Shown piece by piece: positions 45,391 to 55,277 of a stretch of 64,000 nucleotides of DNA. The stretch lies in the sequence record NC_061444.1. One strand, 5' to 3'. Position numbers and translations under genes: made by a program. Below the pieces are notes generated by a model that did not search any database, had not been told where the DNA came from, and saw only the letters and a list, made by a program, of their open reading frames with translations. Position 1 is the stretch's first letter; every line of letters starts with the position of its first letter.

Positions 45391-46089
45391 ATGGTATCTA
45401 AAGTTCGTAAAGGCGGTGCTAGCGGTGATACGCTTCCTGCTGCGGGTAAACGTGTGACTGCTCCAGTTTATAATGGCGCTGTTGCTTCGTCTGTTCCTGC
45501 TCCGGAACTGCGTACAGCCGTACCATGCAAAGGCCAATCGCTGGCGGGTGCTCTGTATAGTCGCATCGACTCACTGCACTACGCCGTATCTTCTCTAACC
45601 GATACGCTTACCCGCATGGGCGTATACTCTGCGCCACCGGCAGCAGAAGACAAAAACAAAGAAGGCGCTGGTCAGCACGAAAACATTCTTCGTATTCTGA
45701 ACGAAGATCTGAACTACGCTACCACACGCGCCGGTCAGCTTCTGATTGCCTCCATTTATGATCGTGAAGATCCAACGGACGATGAAGAAGGCGAAGACGC
45801 AGATAAGCAACCAAGCGGTCCTATCCTGCGCACTGCGTACGGTCGCTCCATCTACAACGACTGCGAAGCACTGATTGAACGTCTGCTGATTATTCAGCGT
45901 AACGCAAACGACGTGGGCGCCTCATTCGTAGGTGAAGGTCCGGAATCAATCTCTCGTGGCTCGCGTGTGACTGAAAGCGTTCATGCGTGTATCAGCAATC
46001 TGGCAGACCACGTAGAAGACACTATCGGCGTTCTGCATCGTATCAACGCGGACCTGGCCGCAAACATCCTGGGAGAAACTGAGCAATGA
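45391..46089 (+). CDS. hypothetical helical protein
   Basis: SD aagga; shares helical pattern with 46086. Confidence 0.7.
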   Translation: MVSKVRKGGASGDTLPAAGKRVTAPVYNGAVASSVPAPELRTAVPCKGQSLAGALYSRIDSLHYAVSSLTDTLTRMGVYSAPPAAEDKNKEGAGQHENILRILNEDLNYATTRAGQLLIASIYDREDPTDDEEGEDADKQPSGPILRTAYGRSIYNDCEALIERLLIIQRNANDVGASFVGEGPESISRGSRVTESVHACISNLADHVEDTIGVLHRINADLAANILGETEQ

Positions 46090-47081
46090 TCGACTTTACC
46101 ACAGTCAAATTTGACGATGAGCGCCAGCCGTATATTGTAGAGCGTGGCGCTAAGGGCAAGTTCACTCGTCGTTACCTGAACGATGCTGAACAGCAAGCCC
46201 ACAAAGAGTGGGACGCTGAACGCGTTCAAAAGCTGAACTCCCCGGCAGTTGCGCCAGCACGTGGCCAGACCAAATCGTTCCAGCACGTGGACACTATTGG
46301 CACTGATCGTAGTGCAGCACGTATCGCTTCGTACCGTGGTTTCCATGAGGGTCCAACAGGTGTTGTTGGCGGCTGTGCTGGTGGCCCAATTGGCGGCGAA
46401 CCTTCACCTATTCCACCGTCAATCGAGAGCAACGACGACGAAACTGAAATCCCTATCGGCCAGCGCGTAGCTCGTCGCTCTGTTAACCTGATGGACAGCG
46501 TTGCGCATCTGACCAATGCTCTGTATGAGTTCGGCGCTATCGACAACTCATGTCCGGCAGATTTACGCGCACGTATCATGGATCGCTTCTCCGGCGAGTG
46601 CATCTCTGATCGTGATAATGTTATTCGTGCAGAAGACGAGCTGGAAGAACCGTACTTCTACATCGAAGGCCTGTCGCAGTACCTGTGCAATGCGTACACG
46701 CAGTCACGTACTCAGGCGCCGTTAAAAGTTGTCGGCTATCACGCAGCACCGATGATCGTTCTGGCGCAGTACCTGATGGGCCTGCTGTTCCCTGAAGGCG
46801 ATATGGCACGTCGTGCTCAGTCTGGCGACATGCTTGGTCGCGGTGATGAAAACGTGTATAGCTTGGCACTCGACCTGCTGACCGTATACAACAACATTCA
46901 GGCTGACCTGAGTCATGCCGGTAACACGCTGCTGGGCGTAACACCAGAAGAGATTGGTGAAATCACCGTAACGATCTCTGACCTGTCTCAGCTTGACGTT
47001 GTTCACTGCGTTGACGAGATGCTGGAATATCTGACCCGACGTATCGACGGTCTGACTGAACTGCTTAACGAACGTCTGTAA
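46086..47081 (+). CDS. hypothetical helical protein
   Basis: ATGA-coupled; last plus-strand gene. Confidence 0.7.
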   Translation: MIDFTTVKFDDERQPYIVERGAKGKFTRRYLNDAEQQAHKEWDAERVQKLNSPAVAPARGQTKSFQHVDTIGTDRSAARIASYRGFHEGPTGVVGGCAGGPIGGEPSPIPPSIESNDDETEIPIGQRVARRSVNLMDSVAHLTNALYEFGAIDNSCPADLRARIMDRFSGECISDRDNVIRAEDELEEPYFYIEGLSQYLCNAYTQSRTQAPLKVVGYHAAPMIVLAQYLMGLLFPEGDMARRAQSGDMLGRGDENVYSLALDLLTVYNNIQADLSHAGNTLLGVTPEEIGEITVTISDLSQLDVVHCVDEMLEYLTRRIDGLTELLNERL

Positions 47082-47100
47082 AATTTGCCGTAGAAACGAC

Positions 47101-47138
47101 AAAAGGGCGACTCTCAATTACGAGGGCCGCCCTTTTTA
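47101..47138. terminator. bidirectional terminator between convergent blocks
   Basis: AAAAGGGCG...CGCCCTTTTT, A/T tracts on both sides. Confidence 0.85.
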
Positions 47139-47139
47139 T

Positions 47140-47604
47140 TTACAACGCCAGTCCTATTCCGATTGCCGCTGCAATGCGTGTTAACCACAACTGAAAATCT
47201 GCTGACTTCTGATCTTCAATACGTGCTTTACGCTCTGCTGCAAGATCATCAGAAAGTCCATTAGCCCTCACCTCTTCGGCTTGAGCCAAACGCAATAGCT
47301 TGTTGCGTTCATCAATAGTCAGATTAAGCACATCGAGTAACTTGTTTCGTTCTTCGGTGCGCTCTTTCCCTGCCTGATAAAGATTTATCAGATCAACCAT
47401 CCCCTTGTTATCGAGCACAGCTACCTTCTTGTCGTCTACTACTTTGACAACAACACTAGGCTTAGCAGGAACGCTTTCCTTCTGCCACTCAACATGATTA
47501 ATCTGCTGAATGTCCTGCATGGTTGTTTTCTTTTGTGCGTCGATGCTCGACAAGGAGCTGCAACCACAGACGAGCAAACACAGGAGTAACGTGATTATTT
47601 TCAT
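47140..47604 (-). CDS. spanin-like lipoprotein
   Basis: Signal plus lipobox LVCGC, coiled coil, hydrophobic C-terminus. Confidence 0.65.
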   Translation of the reverse strand: MKIITLLLCLLVCGCSSLSSIDAQKKTTMQDIQQINHVEWQKESVPAKPSVVVKVVDDKKVAVLDNKGMVDLINLYQAGKERTEERNKLLDVLNLTIDERNKLLRLAQAEEVRANGLSDDLAAERKARIEDQKSADFQLWLTRIAAAIGIGLAL

Positions 47605-47903
47605 AGCTTATTATACCTGTCTACCAGCTCATCCATGCTGTCATCTACGGACGGAGGCTTAACATCAGTCTCAGGCTTCCGCGTGTTCAGGTCTTTCACC
47701 GCCTCGTTGACAGTCTTGCTGTCTTGGACTTGGTTCTCGATTGCTGCTTCACGCGTATTCTCAGCGGCTTTCTGCTCACCTGTAACGGTCGATGGGCTAG
47801 TCTTAGGACGACGGAACAACAACGCCGCTACTACCAACACAACAACAGATGCGAAAACCTTCCAGTATTTTCTAAACAACTCAATAGCCTTTGACATAAT
47901 CAC
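47601..47903 (-). CDS. i-spanin-like protein
   Basis: N-terminal TM (VFASVVVLVVAALLF) then a hydrophilic helical domain, overlapping the lipoprotein gene. Confidence 0.55.
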   Translation of the reverse strand: MIMSKAIELFRKYWKVFASVVVLVVAALLFRRPKTSPSTVTGEQKAAENTREAAIENQVQDSKTVNEAVKDLNTRKPETDVKPPSVDDSMDELVDRYNKL

Positions 47904-47912
47904 GCACTCCCG

Positions 47913-48221
47913 CTATTCGGCTTTGTCGTCAGCCTGCTTCTGCGCTTTGGTCGTCTGCAAGTTGACGAGATTCTCAACCGTGAATGCCAAAGAGAAGTAG
48001 GTTAAATGATCGGTCTGACCGTTCATCAGTAAACCGATGAACATACCGGTAGACACGAACACTGCGGCTATGGACGAGATTGGATTCAGCGTCCAATACT
48101 CTTTCCAGTTCAGGCCTTCTCGCTTAGTCTTGACTACATAGTTCATCAAGACGCCGCCAACGTATGAAAGAAAGAAGGCTACGATTTGAATCGTTGGCAT
48201 TTGTGATAATACATCACCCAT
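47913..48221 (-). CDS. holin-like membrane protein
   Basis: 102 aa, 2-3 TM segments, charged C-terminus, upstream of spanin-like genes. Confidence 0.55.
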   Translation of the reverse strand: MGDVLSQMPTIQIVAFFLSYVGGVLMNYVVKTKREGLNWKEYWTLNPISSIAAVFVSTGMFIGLLMNGQTDHLTYFSLAFTVENLVNLQTTKAQKQADDKAE

Positions 48222-48241
48222 GTTAATACTCCCTATTAGAC

Positions 48242-48271
48242 AAAAGAAAAGGGAGAGCCGAAGCCCTCCCT
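48242..48271 (-). terminator. intrinsic terminator
   Basis: Minus-strand AGGGAGGGC-TTCG-GCTCTCCCT then TTTCTTTT. Confidence 0.8.
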
Positions 48272-48276
48272 ATAGA

Positions 48277-48516
48277 TCAAAGCTGTTCAGCGGTAATCTG
48301 CCCAGCTTGATACAGTTCCCGTTTGCGCGTTTTCCACGATGAGGAAAGTTCAGAGAAGAACTCTCTCAGGCGGTCATCGTCCAGTTCAAACGGTTGTGCC
48401 ACGCCATACTTCTCGCACATTGCTTCGTATGCGGTCACGTATTCCTGTTGAAGGAATGACTTCTCAGCGCTAACGCTAACGTACTGCTGCGCTGTCAGAG
48501 CTACAGATACTTGCAT
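48277..48516 (-). CDS. hypothetical protein (79 aa)
   Basis: gagga SD, preceded by the TAATTT motif. Confidence 0.65.
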   Translation of the reverse strand: MQVSVALTAQQYVSVSAEKSFLQQEYVTAYEAMCEKYGVAQPFELDDDRLREFFSELSSSWKTRKRELYQAGQITAEQL

Positions 48517-48537
48517 GATACCATCCTCTTATTTTGT

Positions 48538-48551
48538 ACTCGTCTAAATTA
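48538..48551 (-). promoter_or_regulatory. putative phage promoter, TAATTT class
   Basis: TAATTTAGACGAGT, identical to 5320-5333. Confidence 0.6.
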
Positions 48552-49151
48552 TCAAACGAATTTCAAAACAAGGTCGTTGATAATCACTGCTTTCGACTGG
48601 TCAGTAGGGGTGCTGCTATTCGCATACACCTTGCCGCCTTTCAGTCTGAGGTCTGCGTTCGAGTTCTCATCCCCAACAGAACATATTGCGAGGAACGCAC
48701 AGCCTGCATCGTTGGTGCCTGTCTGCAAGTTGAGCGTATTCGAATATGCGCAAGCGACGATACACCAAGTAGGCGTAGCGTCTTTGAGGAAGTAACTCGA
48801 ACGATAGTCAGTGTTACCAGCAGCGGCCTTCATGTTCATAGCAGACGCAAGAAGCACAGGCACGTTGTTCGCATTGAGCGTCATCGCAGCCTTGTTACCT
48901 GCCACACCGCCAACGTAATCAGCAGCGTGGGCATTAAGCAACGGAGAGATACGCGTGTACAATGCGTTACCACCAGCAAGCTGGGTAGCTTCGGCAAGCA
49001 GTGCCTGAACTTCTGCTTTAGTCGGCATCGTACCTGTATAGAACAGGATTGAGTTCGCAACAGTAGTGTAGTTCGTAGGAATAGCCGCAGACACCAAGCT
49101 GCTGAATGCGTTACGCATCATTGCGTTCGCAGTAGAGGGAAGCATTTTCAT
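48552..49151 (-). CDS. virion/tail-associated protein, short paralogue
   Basis: ILFYTGTMPT, PTW, SVGDENSNADLRL; start re-called. Confidence 0.7.
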   Translation of the reverse strand: MKMLPSTANAMMRNAFSSLVSAAIPTNYTTVANSILFYTGTMPTKAEVQALLAEATQLAGGNALYTRISPLLNAHAADYVGGVAGNKAAMTLNANNVPVLLASAMNMKAAAGNTDYRSSYFLKDATPTWCIVACAYSNTLNLQTGTNDAGCAFLAICSVGDENSNADLRLKGGKVYANSSTPTDQSKAVIINDLVLKFV

Positions 49152-49152
49152 A

Positions 49153-50061
49153 TCACACACCCTCCAGGATGTTATCCACGATACGAACGGTAAAATCAGA
49201 AGTAGCCATCTGACCGTACTGACCGATAGACGATACGCCGAGCACAAGGTCAGTGCCAACATCAAGCACAAGCCCGTAGTAATCGTCCTGCACCTGACTG
49301 AGATATTGAGCAGTACCGGAAGGAATGCTCAGAGTCAGAGGCACAAGCACAACATGCGTGAATGCGGCTGTGACGAAATCGCTCGCTCGTTCTGCATAAG
49401 GCGTGAATGCCAACTGGTTATTGGTAGACGTACCGTTCATGCTCAGTCGGAGCTTACGCGCAGTGATATCCACATCGTTGATGCCAGTGACAACAGTGAT
49501 GCGTGTCCACACTAACGTTGTAGGGTCCTGATACTCAAGGCGAATGTTGCCTGTATTGATAGGCGTAGCATTCGGCACGAAGAACGAACGAAAACGCAGG
49601 GTGCGTCCATAGTCGTACTCGACGATATCATTCGCATCATAAGATGGAGCGACACCAGTAGTGATATCAGAACAGGCTGCTAAGTTCGCCAGTACCTGCT
49701 GAGGAGTTTTGCTCCAACCCGGTGACGGGATATAGCGAGAGTATTCAGGGTAGACAGCAAACGTTGCAACAGCCTGTTTGTTCGTAGCATCGAATGCCAT
49801 GCGGCCCTGACCGTACCCGCCAATCGGCATCAGACTGCGAACGCGAGAATACAGACGGCAGAGAATACCGTTAGCATCAGCAGTCTGGTTCTGGTACTTG
49901 AGTTCAATAGCGCAGCGAGAAGTCGCAATCAAGTCAGTGAGTGACTTGGGCACGTTCGCGCTACTACCGTTGCGGAAGAACGCTGCCCAGCCGCTTGAGT
50001 TTGTCGTAGTACCGGCAGTCTGTAGCAACTGATACAGCGCTTGCTTTTCAGAGACTAACAT
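49153..50061 (-). CDS. virion/tail-associated protein, long paralogue with beta-sandwich insert
   Basis: EYDYG, ARKLRL, LVLDVGTDLV. Confidence 0.7.
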   Translation of the reverse strand: MLVSEKQALYQLLQTAGTTTNSSGWAAFFRNGSSANVPKSLTDLIATSRCAIELKYQNQTADANGILCRLYSRVRSLMPIGGYGQGRMAFDATNKQAVATFAVYPEYSRYIPSPGWSKTPQQVLANLAACSDITTGVAPSYDANDIVEYDYGRTLRFRSFFVPNATPINTGNIRLEYQDPTTLVWTRITVVTGINDVDITARKLRLSMNGTSTNNQLAFTPYAERASDFVTAAFTHVVLVPLTLSIPSGTAQYLSQVQDDYYGLVLDVGTDLVLGVSSIGQYGQMATSDFTVRIVDNILEGV

Positions 50062-50070
50062 AATGCCTCC

Positions 50071-50604
50071 TTAGAGTTTGATACGCATATCAGCTACACG
50101 TACAGGCTGACCGGCAGTAACAGTACCACCGAGAATACGCAGGTCGGCAGTTGAGTTCTCATCACCGACAGTACCTGTCATGAGTGCATAACAGTTAGTG
50201 CCCGCAACGAAGTTTGTCCATGAATCACCGGCAGAAGCAACAGAAGTCACACGCATCAGGAACCACGTTGGCGTACCGCTTGTTGCGATAGTCATCGTGT
50301 TCGGCTGGCTGCTGAACGGCAGGTTGATGATGTTGTTATCGTAGTCCATGTTCGGTACAAACGAAGACAGTGTGGCATCACCGAGGAAGTTCGATTGCGT
50401 TGCAAATGAGGAGAGAGCAGCAGCGGACCACGTGAACATCGTGTTAGTCGTAGACAGCATCGCTTGTAACTGATCATCAGTCGGTGGCGTACCGGAGAAC
50501 AGAGCGATATGCACGGTGTTTGCAGAGGCAGCAGACCCTGGGACTAAGCGCCAGTTGAGTGCAATCATTGCTTGCAGCGAGTTAAAGGCTTTAGAAACGC
50601 GCAT
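50071..50604 (-). CDS. virion/tail-associated protein, short paralogue
   Basis: IALFSGTPPT, GTPTWF, GTVGDENSTADLRI. Confidence 0.75.
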   Translation of the reverse strand: MRVSKAFNSLQAMIALNWRLVPGSAASANTVHIALFSGTPPTDDQLQAMLSTTNTMFTWSAAALSSFATQSNFLGDATLSSFVPNMDYDNNIINLPFSSQPNTMTIATSGTPTWFLMRVTSVASAGDSWTNFVAGTNCYALMTGTVGDENSTADLRILGGTVTAGQPVRVADMRIKL

Positions 50605-50605
50605 C

Positions 50606-51670
50606 TTAGTATACCTCCAGCACGACAGGTTTAAAGGTCACATTGAACGAGCCTACAGCTTGTTCCTGTCCAGGGTACACAGTTGCGTCATTCAACACAA
50701 GGTCAAAGCTAGCAGACTGTTTCAGATCGTCTGTAACTGTCAGGCCGTAGTGCGGGAAGATGCGGCCGTAAGACTGCGCGACAAGACCTGTAGAGATTGC
50801 AGTTGCGTTGTAGCTTGTACCCCACAGCAGAGGGAACATAACTGCATGTTGGATTTTGCCCAACGTACGCGGTGCAGTACCAGCAGCGTAATCGCCGTAG
50901 AAGTGCAGCGCATAAGTACCGATACCCAGAGGGAATGGGTTCGCTACAGCTTTAGACACGATACGGAAGCGACGACCCTGAACAGTAGACGGCAATTGAT
51001 AGAACTTCTCAGTAGCTACTGAGGTTTGGAACAGGTTCGTTTGCAGGTTGGTCACGTCTACCCACGAGCTACCCTGCTGCACTTGCAGGAAAGGTAAGTT
51101 TGCAGCGGTGTTGGCAAACAGGTTGTTCCCAGCAGTTGTGAGAGTGATGCCCGCCAGAGAGTTAATAACGACCTCCGCACCGAAGTCATACTCAGCCAGA
51201 GTCCATGTACCGTCTGCGTTCGCTTGTTTTACCACAGGCACAGATGCGTTCGTTGAAGGACTAGCGCACGGTTGCAGCGTAGCACTTGAAGTCGAAGCAA
51301 CACGGTGCATCAGGATAGTAGCGTACAGCATGTCCAGTTGCAGACCGAAGATAGACAGGTTAGCTGCTACGTCTTGATACACAGTGCTGTAGGAAGCGAA
51401 CGTCACTTTAGGCAGAACGCGTTTACCACGGAAGCCTTGTGCAGTAGTCCATGCCGGAGCAGGAGAGACCTGATAGTTAGGTGCTACAGCCGGTTGAATT
51501 TGCTGTAGACTTGCACCAAGAGGCTGCTGCGTACACATACGACCTGACACCATGTTGTTCAGCAGAGTCTGAATGTCGTAGTTAACAGGGTTAGGAAGAT
51601 TCCCTTCCATAAAGGCACCGTACATAATGACCGGCGTGTTCTGATAGATAGGTAGGATTTTCATATACAT
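50606..51670 (-). CDS. virion/tail-associated protein, long paralogue
   Basis: AEYDFGAE, GRRFRI, PRTLGK, LTVTDDLK. Confidence 0.7.
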   Translation of the reverse strand: MYMKILPIYQNTPVIMYGAFMEGNLPNPVNYDIQTLLNNMVSGRMCTQQPLGASLQQIQPAVAPNYQVSPAPAWTTAQGFRGKRVLPKVTFASYSTVYQDVAANLSIFGLQLDMLYATILMHRVASTSSATLQPCASPSTNASVPVVKQANADGTWTLAEYDFGAEVVINSLAGITLTTAGNNLFANTAANLPFLQVQQGSSWVDVTNLQTNLFQTSVATEKFYQLPSTVQGRRFRIVSKAVANPFPLGIGTYALHFYGDYAAGTAPRTLGKIQHAVMFPLLWGTSYNATAISTGLVAQSYGRIFPHYGLTVTDDLKQSASFDLVLNDATVYPGQEQAVGSFNVTFKPVVLEVY

Positions 51671-51691
51671 GCCCTTGGTTTAAAGACAGTT

Positions 51692-51698
51692 CAAATTA
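51692..51698 (-). promoter_or_regulatory. putative phage promoter, TAATTT class (variant)
   Basis: Minus-strand GTCATTAATTTG, 21 nt before ATG 51670. Confidence 0.45.
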
Positions 51699-51701
51699 AT
51701 G

Positions 51702-51725
51702 ACGTGGCAGCCGAAGCCACCACGT
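51702..51725 (-). promoter_or_regulatory. 10-bp UUCG hairpin without U tract (RNA stabiliser or weak terminator)
   Basis: ACGTGGTGGC-TTCG-GCTGCCACGT on the minus strand. Confidence 0.55.
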
Positions 51726-51730
51726 GTGTC

Positions 51731-52255
51731 TTACAGTTGAATGGTAAGATCGAGGAAGCGATATGCTTGACCTGTCTTAATCGTACCACCGATGAACTGT
51801 AGTTCTGCGTCAGACCCTTGAGCACCGACACTGCCGATCCAGAACGGACCAGTAAGGCTTGCGCTGTAGCTGAATCCTGCCCAGTTGTTTGATGCGTTAG
51901 CCGGAAGAATACGCGCAACATAGAACGTAGGCGTACCGTCAGCAGCACCGATCAACGTAGCGGCCTGTCCAGAAAGAGGTAGTGTAACAGTACGAGCAGT
52001 GACGTTCACGACTGGAGTGATTGCAGCAGACGCCAACACACCAAGGAAGTCTGTAGACGTCAAGCCAAGATTAGCTGCCACCGTACTCCATGTAAGCAGA
52101 CTGTTAACAGCACCTGGAGCCATGAGATCAAGTGCTTTACTGATCTTAGGAGCAGTGCCTTTGAACAGAGCAATGTGCAACGTGTTAGCAGCCAGAGCAG
52201 TTGCAGGGAATGCAGCGTTCATCTGGGCAAGAGAGATACCTTTGTTGCTAATCAT
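51731..52255 (-). CDS. virion/tail-associated protein, short paralogue
   Basis: IALFKGTAP, GTPTFY, GSVGAQGSDAELQF. Confidence 0.75.
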   Translation of the reverse strand: MISNKGISLAQMNAAFPATALAANTLHIALFKGTAPKISKALDLMAPGAVNSLLTWSTVAANLGLTSTDFLGVLASAAITPVVNVTARTVTLPLSGQAATLIGAADGTPTFYVARILPANASNNWAGFSYSASLTGPFWIGSVGAQGSDAELQFIGGTIKTGQAYRFLDLTIQL

Positions 52256-53328
52256 ACGCCCCTCCCTACGAGTGCATCTTGCTTAATGCGGAACGTTGGC
52301 ACAGGCGCTTCACCTAACGCAATGCTGTATGTCGTATCTGGCATCACGATATCGTTGCTTGCAGCGAGCTTGAGATCGTCAGTGACGGTCAGATGTGTCA
52401 TACCGAAGTAACGTCCGGCAACCGTTGCTTCTGCGGCAGGCCAGTTGAAGTGCCACTGGGTGCTGTTAGCATAACTACTGTTTGCCATGAGTGTAAGCAG
52501 AGACATGTGCTTGTACTTGCCTAACGTGCGCGGCTTCGTTCCTGTGTAGTTGCCATAGAACTGCAAGCTAAACGGATAGTGGCCTGTAGTAGACCACGGC
52601 CATGCGGTAGTCTTGTTCACCAGACGCCACTTCTGCGCTTTGATAGACACCGGCAGGTTGTACGCTACTGGTGACCAGTTGGTGGTTGTGCGGACGTTCG
52701 TGTAACAGTCAACTGCATCAACCCACTGACCATCAACATAGGCCTGCAGGAAAGTATTCGCAGTGCCGAGCACCATCAGGCTACTTACCATAGAACCGAT
52801 AGATACGCCCACCAGCCCTTTGAGTTCCATCTCAGCGCCGAAGTCATATTCAGCAATCAACCAGTTGCCAGCTTCTGTCAGGTTGTACTGAGGACTCAGG
52901 TACAGACTGGTATTGATGGAGAACTGAGTCTGAATAGTCCCCATCTTATGTGCGAGAATAGTTGTCGCCACGCTCTCATTGTATTTACCAACAGTCGCAG
53001 CGAAACGGTTGTCGAGTGCAGGCAGTCGCACTTTAGGAACGATGCGCGATAGCACATTGATAGCAGCACCATATCCTAGCGACCCACTGAACTCGACCCA
53101 CGCAGGATAGAAGTTGGTGCAGAGGAACGTTGACGCTGTTACTGGCTGATACCGCCAGCTAAACGGTGCAGTAGACATAAATGTTTTCTGAAACAGACGC
53201 ATAGCGATAGCGTCATTGAACGTGCTATGAATGCCACGCTCGCCATTTGCTGGCACGTCTGTATCATACAGCAGACCGAGCGCAAACACCGACGCTACGT
53301 TTGCGGCTTGATACGGAAAGAGTTCCAT
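52252..53328 (-). CDS. virion/tail-associated protein, long paralogue
   Basis: AEYDFGAE, AQKWRL, PRTLGK, LTVTDDLK (close to 50606). Confidence 0.7.
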   Translation of the reverse strand: MELFPYQAANVASVFALGLLYDTDVPANGERGIHSTFNDAIAMRLFQKTFMSTAPFSWRYQPVTASTFLCTNFYPAWVEFSGSLGYGAAINVLSRIVPKVRLPALDNRFAATVGKYNESVATTILAHKMGTIQTQFSINTSLYLSPQYNLTEAGNWLIAEYDFGAEMELKGLVGVSIGSMVSSLMVLGTANTFLQAYVDGQWVDAVDCYTNVRTTTNWSPVAYNLPVSIKAQKWRLVNKTTAWPWSTTGHYPFSLQFYGNYTGTKPRTLGKYKHMSLLTLMANSSYANSTQWHFNWPAAEATVAGRYFGMTHLTVTDDLKLAASNDIVMPDTTYSIALGEAPVPTFRIKQDALVGRGV

Positions 53329-53337
53329 AGAGCGTCC

Positions 53338-53919
53338 TTAGCTGAATGAGATGTTGTTGATGTTGACAGTACCATTCAGGTTGAATGTACCGTCACCGTT
53401 GTCAGTCAAAGGTACACCCATGCTGATCAAGTCTTGTGGCGTGAACTCAAACACCGTAGTTGTAGACACAGTTCCCGCGGCGTATGCAGAAGTGCTGTTA
53501 CTGACTAACAGGTACATGCGATTGAATGCTTTCGCGTAGCTGAAACGTCCGAGTAGACCGTTCAGGTCGAGAGTACGCTTGCCGCCACCAACATTGATAA
53601 CACGCACAGTACCAGACGAAATGAACGATGCGTCCATGACACAGTTAGGCAAATTCGCTGCGAGATATGTGCGCAACGAAGTGAGACTGAACAGAGCTTG
53701 TGACTGGTTTGTCCAAACGCTGTCTGGAATTGTGTCGCCCGTGGAGAACACGATAGCAGCAGAAGGTTCAGCCGATATAGGAACGCCACCAGACTGATAG
53801 GCACCAGCTTGGTTGTATGCAGTAAACGCACTCGGTACCCAGGGCATATCCACGGTAATAGATGCAGTAGAACTAAGCGAGTCACCACGCATGTTGAGCA
53901 TTGCTTTAGAGATATACAT
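53338..53919 (-). CDS. virion/tail-associated protein, short divergent paralogue
   Basis: MYISKAMLN start like 50071; IVFSTG..P. Confidence 0.6.
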   Translation of the reverse strand: MYISKAMLNMRGDSLSSTASITVDMPWVPSAFTAYNQAGAYQSGGVPISAEPSAAIVFSTGDTIPDSVWTNQSQALFSLTSLRTYLAANLPNCVMDASFISSGTVRVINVGGGKRTLDLNGLLGRFSYAKAFNRMYLLVSNSTSAYAAGTVSTTTVFEFTPQDLISMGVPLTDNGDGTFNLNGTVNINNISFS

Positions 53920-54821
53920 CAGCTACTCCTTTGCGTGAAGCGAAGTTTAGGGCAGTACATCAGCGTCTTCTGGTTAGGAATAACCTGATCGACTAACTTG
54001 AACGGACCCTGATTACCGACAGCACCAGCAGTGAACATGATCTCGTCACTGTAGTTAATGTCGCCATGAGTGAACGTGTTGCAGTGCGCAAGAGCAGCCC
54101 ACGTAGGTGAAGTAACTGCCGTAGCACTAGGCACATCCACAGAACTAAGCAGCACACGCATAGCAGACTGCGCGGACGTGCTGGTGGACTTGTAACGGTA
54201 GCGCTTAGAAGCACGAGGCGCACTTAGCACTAGGCAGGTTGTGTCGCCTGCAATAGCTGTAGCACTACCGAGTTGATATTCAGTTAGACCGTCATCAGAC
54301 AGAGCCACCAGCTGGAACGCATCACCAACTGTATTGTTGAATTTGATATGCGTTACGGTAACTGCCGTGTCGAACTCGAAGTCTATATCAGTGCCCAGAT
54401 TACGCGGAGCAGGAACGTAGCCAGTACCTGCACCCATAATCAATGTGATGCTACGATCAGTAAAACCTGAACGAGTGATACGATGAGGCACAAGTTGAGA
54501 TACCACAAGAGCAGCAGTGCCAATGGTCCCATAGTACGATACCCCTTTAGGGATGTACTGAGATTGAAGGGCAAGTGCAATCACGTTGCCGTTTTCAATT
54601 CCAGTAATAGGGTTTCGCACGATACCGATAGACTGATTGTACATATCAGCAAGTGACTTATTGTTGAAGGCTGCTTCGAAGCCCTCTTTTGAGGTAGGCA
54701 GTTTGCCGCTAAACGCAAAAATATTCCACCCGGCACCTACATTGGGGTCTTGCAGGAGAGTGTTATTTGTGTTTGTGCCAACAACTGCCTGAGCCATGTT
54801 ACGTGTGTTAATGATTTTCAT
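53919..54821 (-). CDS. virion/tail-associated protein, long paralogue
   Basis: IFAFSGKLPT, DFEFD, SKRYRY, SPTW, GAVG. Confidence 0.7.
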   Translation of the reverse strand: MKIINTRNMAQAVVGTNTNNTLLQDPNVGAGWNIFAFSGKLPTSKEGFEAAFNNKSLADMYNQSIGIVRNPITGIENGNVIALALQSQYIPKGVSYYGTIGTAALVVSQLVPHRITRSGFTDRSITLIMGAGTGYVPAPRNLGTDIDFEFDTAVTVTHIKFNNTVGDAFQLVALSDDGLTEYQLGSATAIAGDTTCLVLSAPRASKRYRYKSTSTSAQSAMRVLLSSVDVPSATAVTSPTWAALAHCNTFTHGDINYSDEIMFTAGAVGNQGPFKLVDQVIPNQKTLMYCPKLRFTQRSS

Positions 54822-55276
54822 TAGCTCACCACCGGTGCAACAGATTTGTTATTCGCTTTCGTGTCGGACAGGTCAAGCTGAGGAACAGACACGCGGAACA
54901 CGATGTTATCGAACAGCGGTTCAATCGTCTGGTCAGTAACGAAAGAGCCTGTAGCGATTGGAACATCAATACGAGACTTCCCAGGGTTCGACGCAAAGTT
55001 GCGTGGTGTGAACTTGGACTGAACCTGATTCACACCTGCAGGAACAAGCACAATGCTGTCTGAACTGCTCACCTGCTGATTGAGAATCTGCGACCAGCGA
55101 TACGCCTGAATAGCAAGCGTTACCGTATCTGCGACACGCTCTGCTGGGTGCAGTGCGGCCTTCTCATTCGTCATAGGCTTTGACGGTTGTGAGTTCGTAC
55201 TGATCTCAATCTGAGACATAACGAACACGAAGTCAGCAAAGAGATCTGGATCATACGCAATGACAGGTACAAACAT
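54821..55276 (-). CDS. probable virion protein (151 aa)
   Basis: Position in the array; weak similarity. Confidence 0.55.
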   Translation of the reverse strand: MFVPVIAYDPDLFADFVFVMSQIEISTNSQPSKPMTNEKAALHPAERVADTVTLAIQAYRWSQILNQQVSSSDSIVLVPAGVNQVQSKFTPRNFASNPGKSRIDVPIATGSFVTDQTIEPLFDNIVFRVSVPQLDLSDTKANNKSVAPVVS

Positions 55277-55277
55277 G

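Noticed and set aside
47075-47084. TCTGTAAAAT as a promoter
   Set aside because: Spans a stop codon and is followed at once by a bidirectional terminator with no downstream plus-strand gene
589-47117. Many long minus-strand ORFs (and plus-strand ORFs beyond 47140) in the track
   Set aside because: They shadow well-supported genes on the opposite strand and lack SDs or motifs
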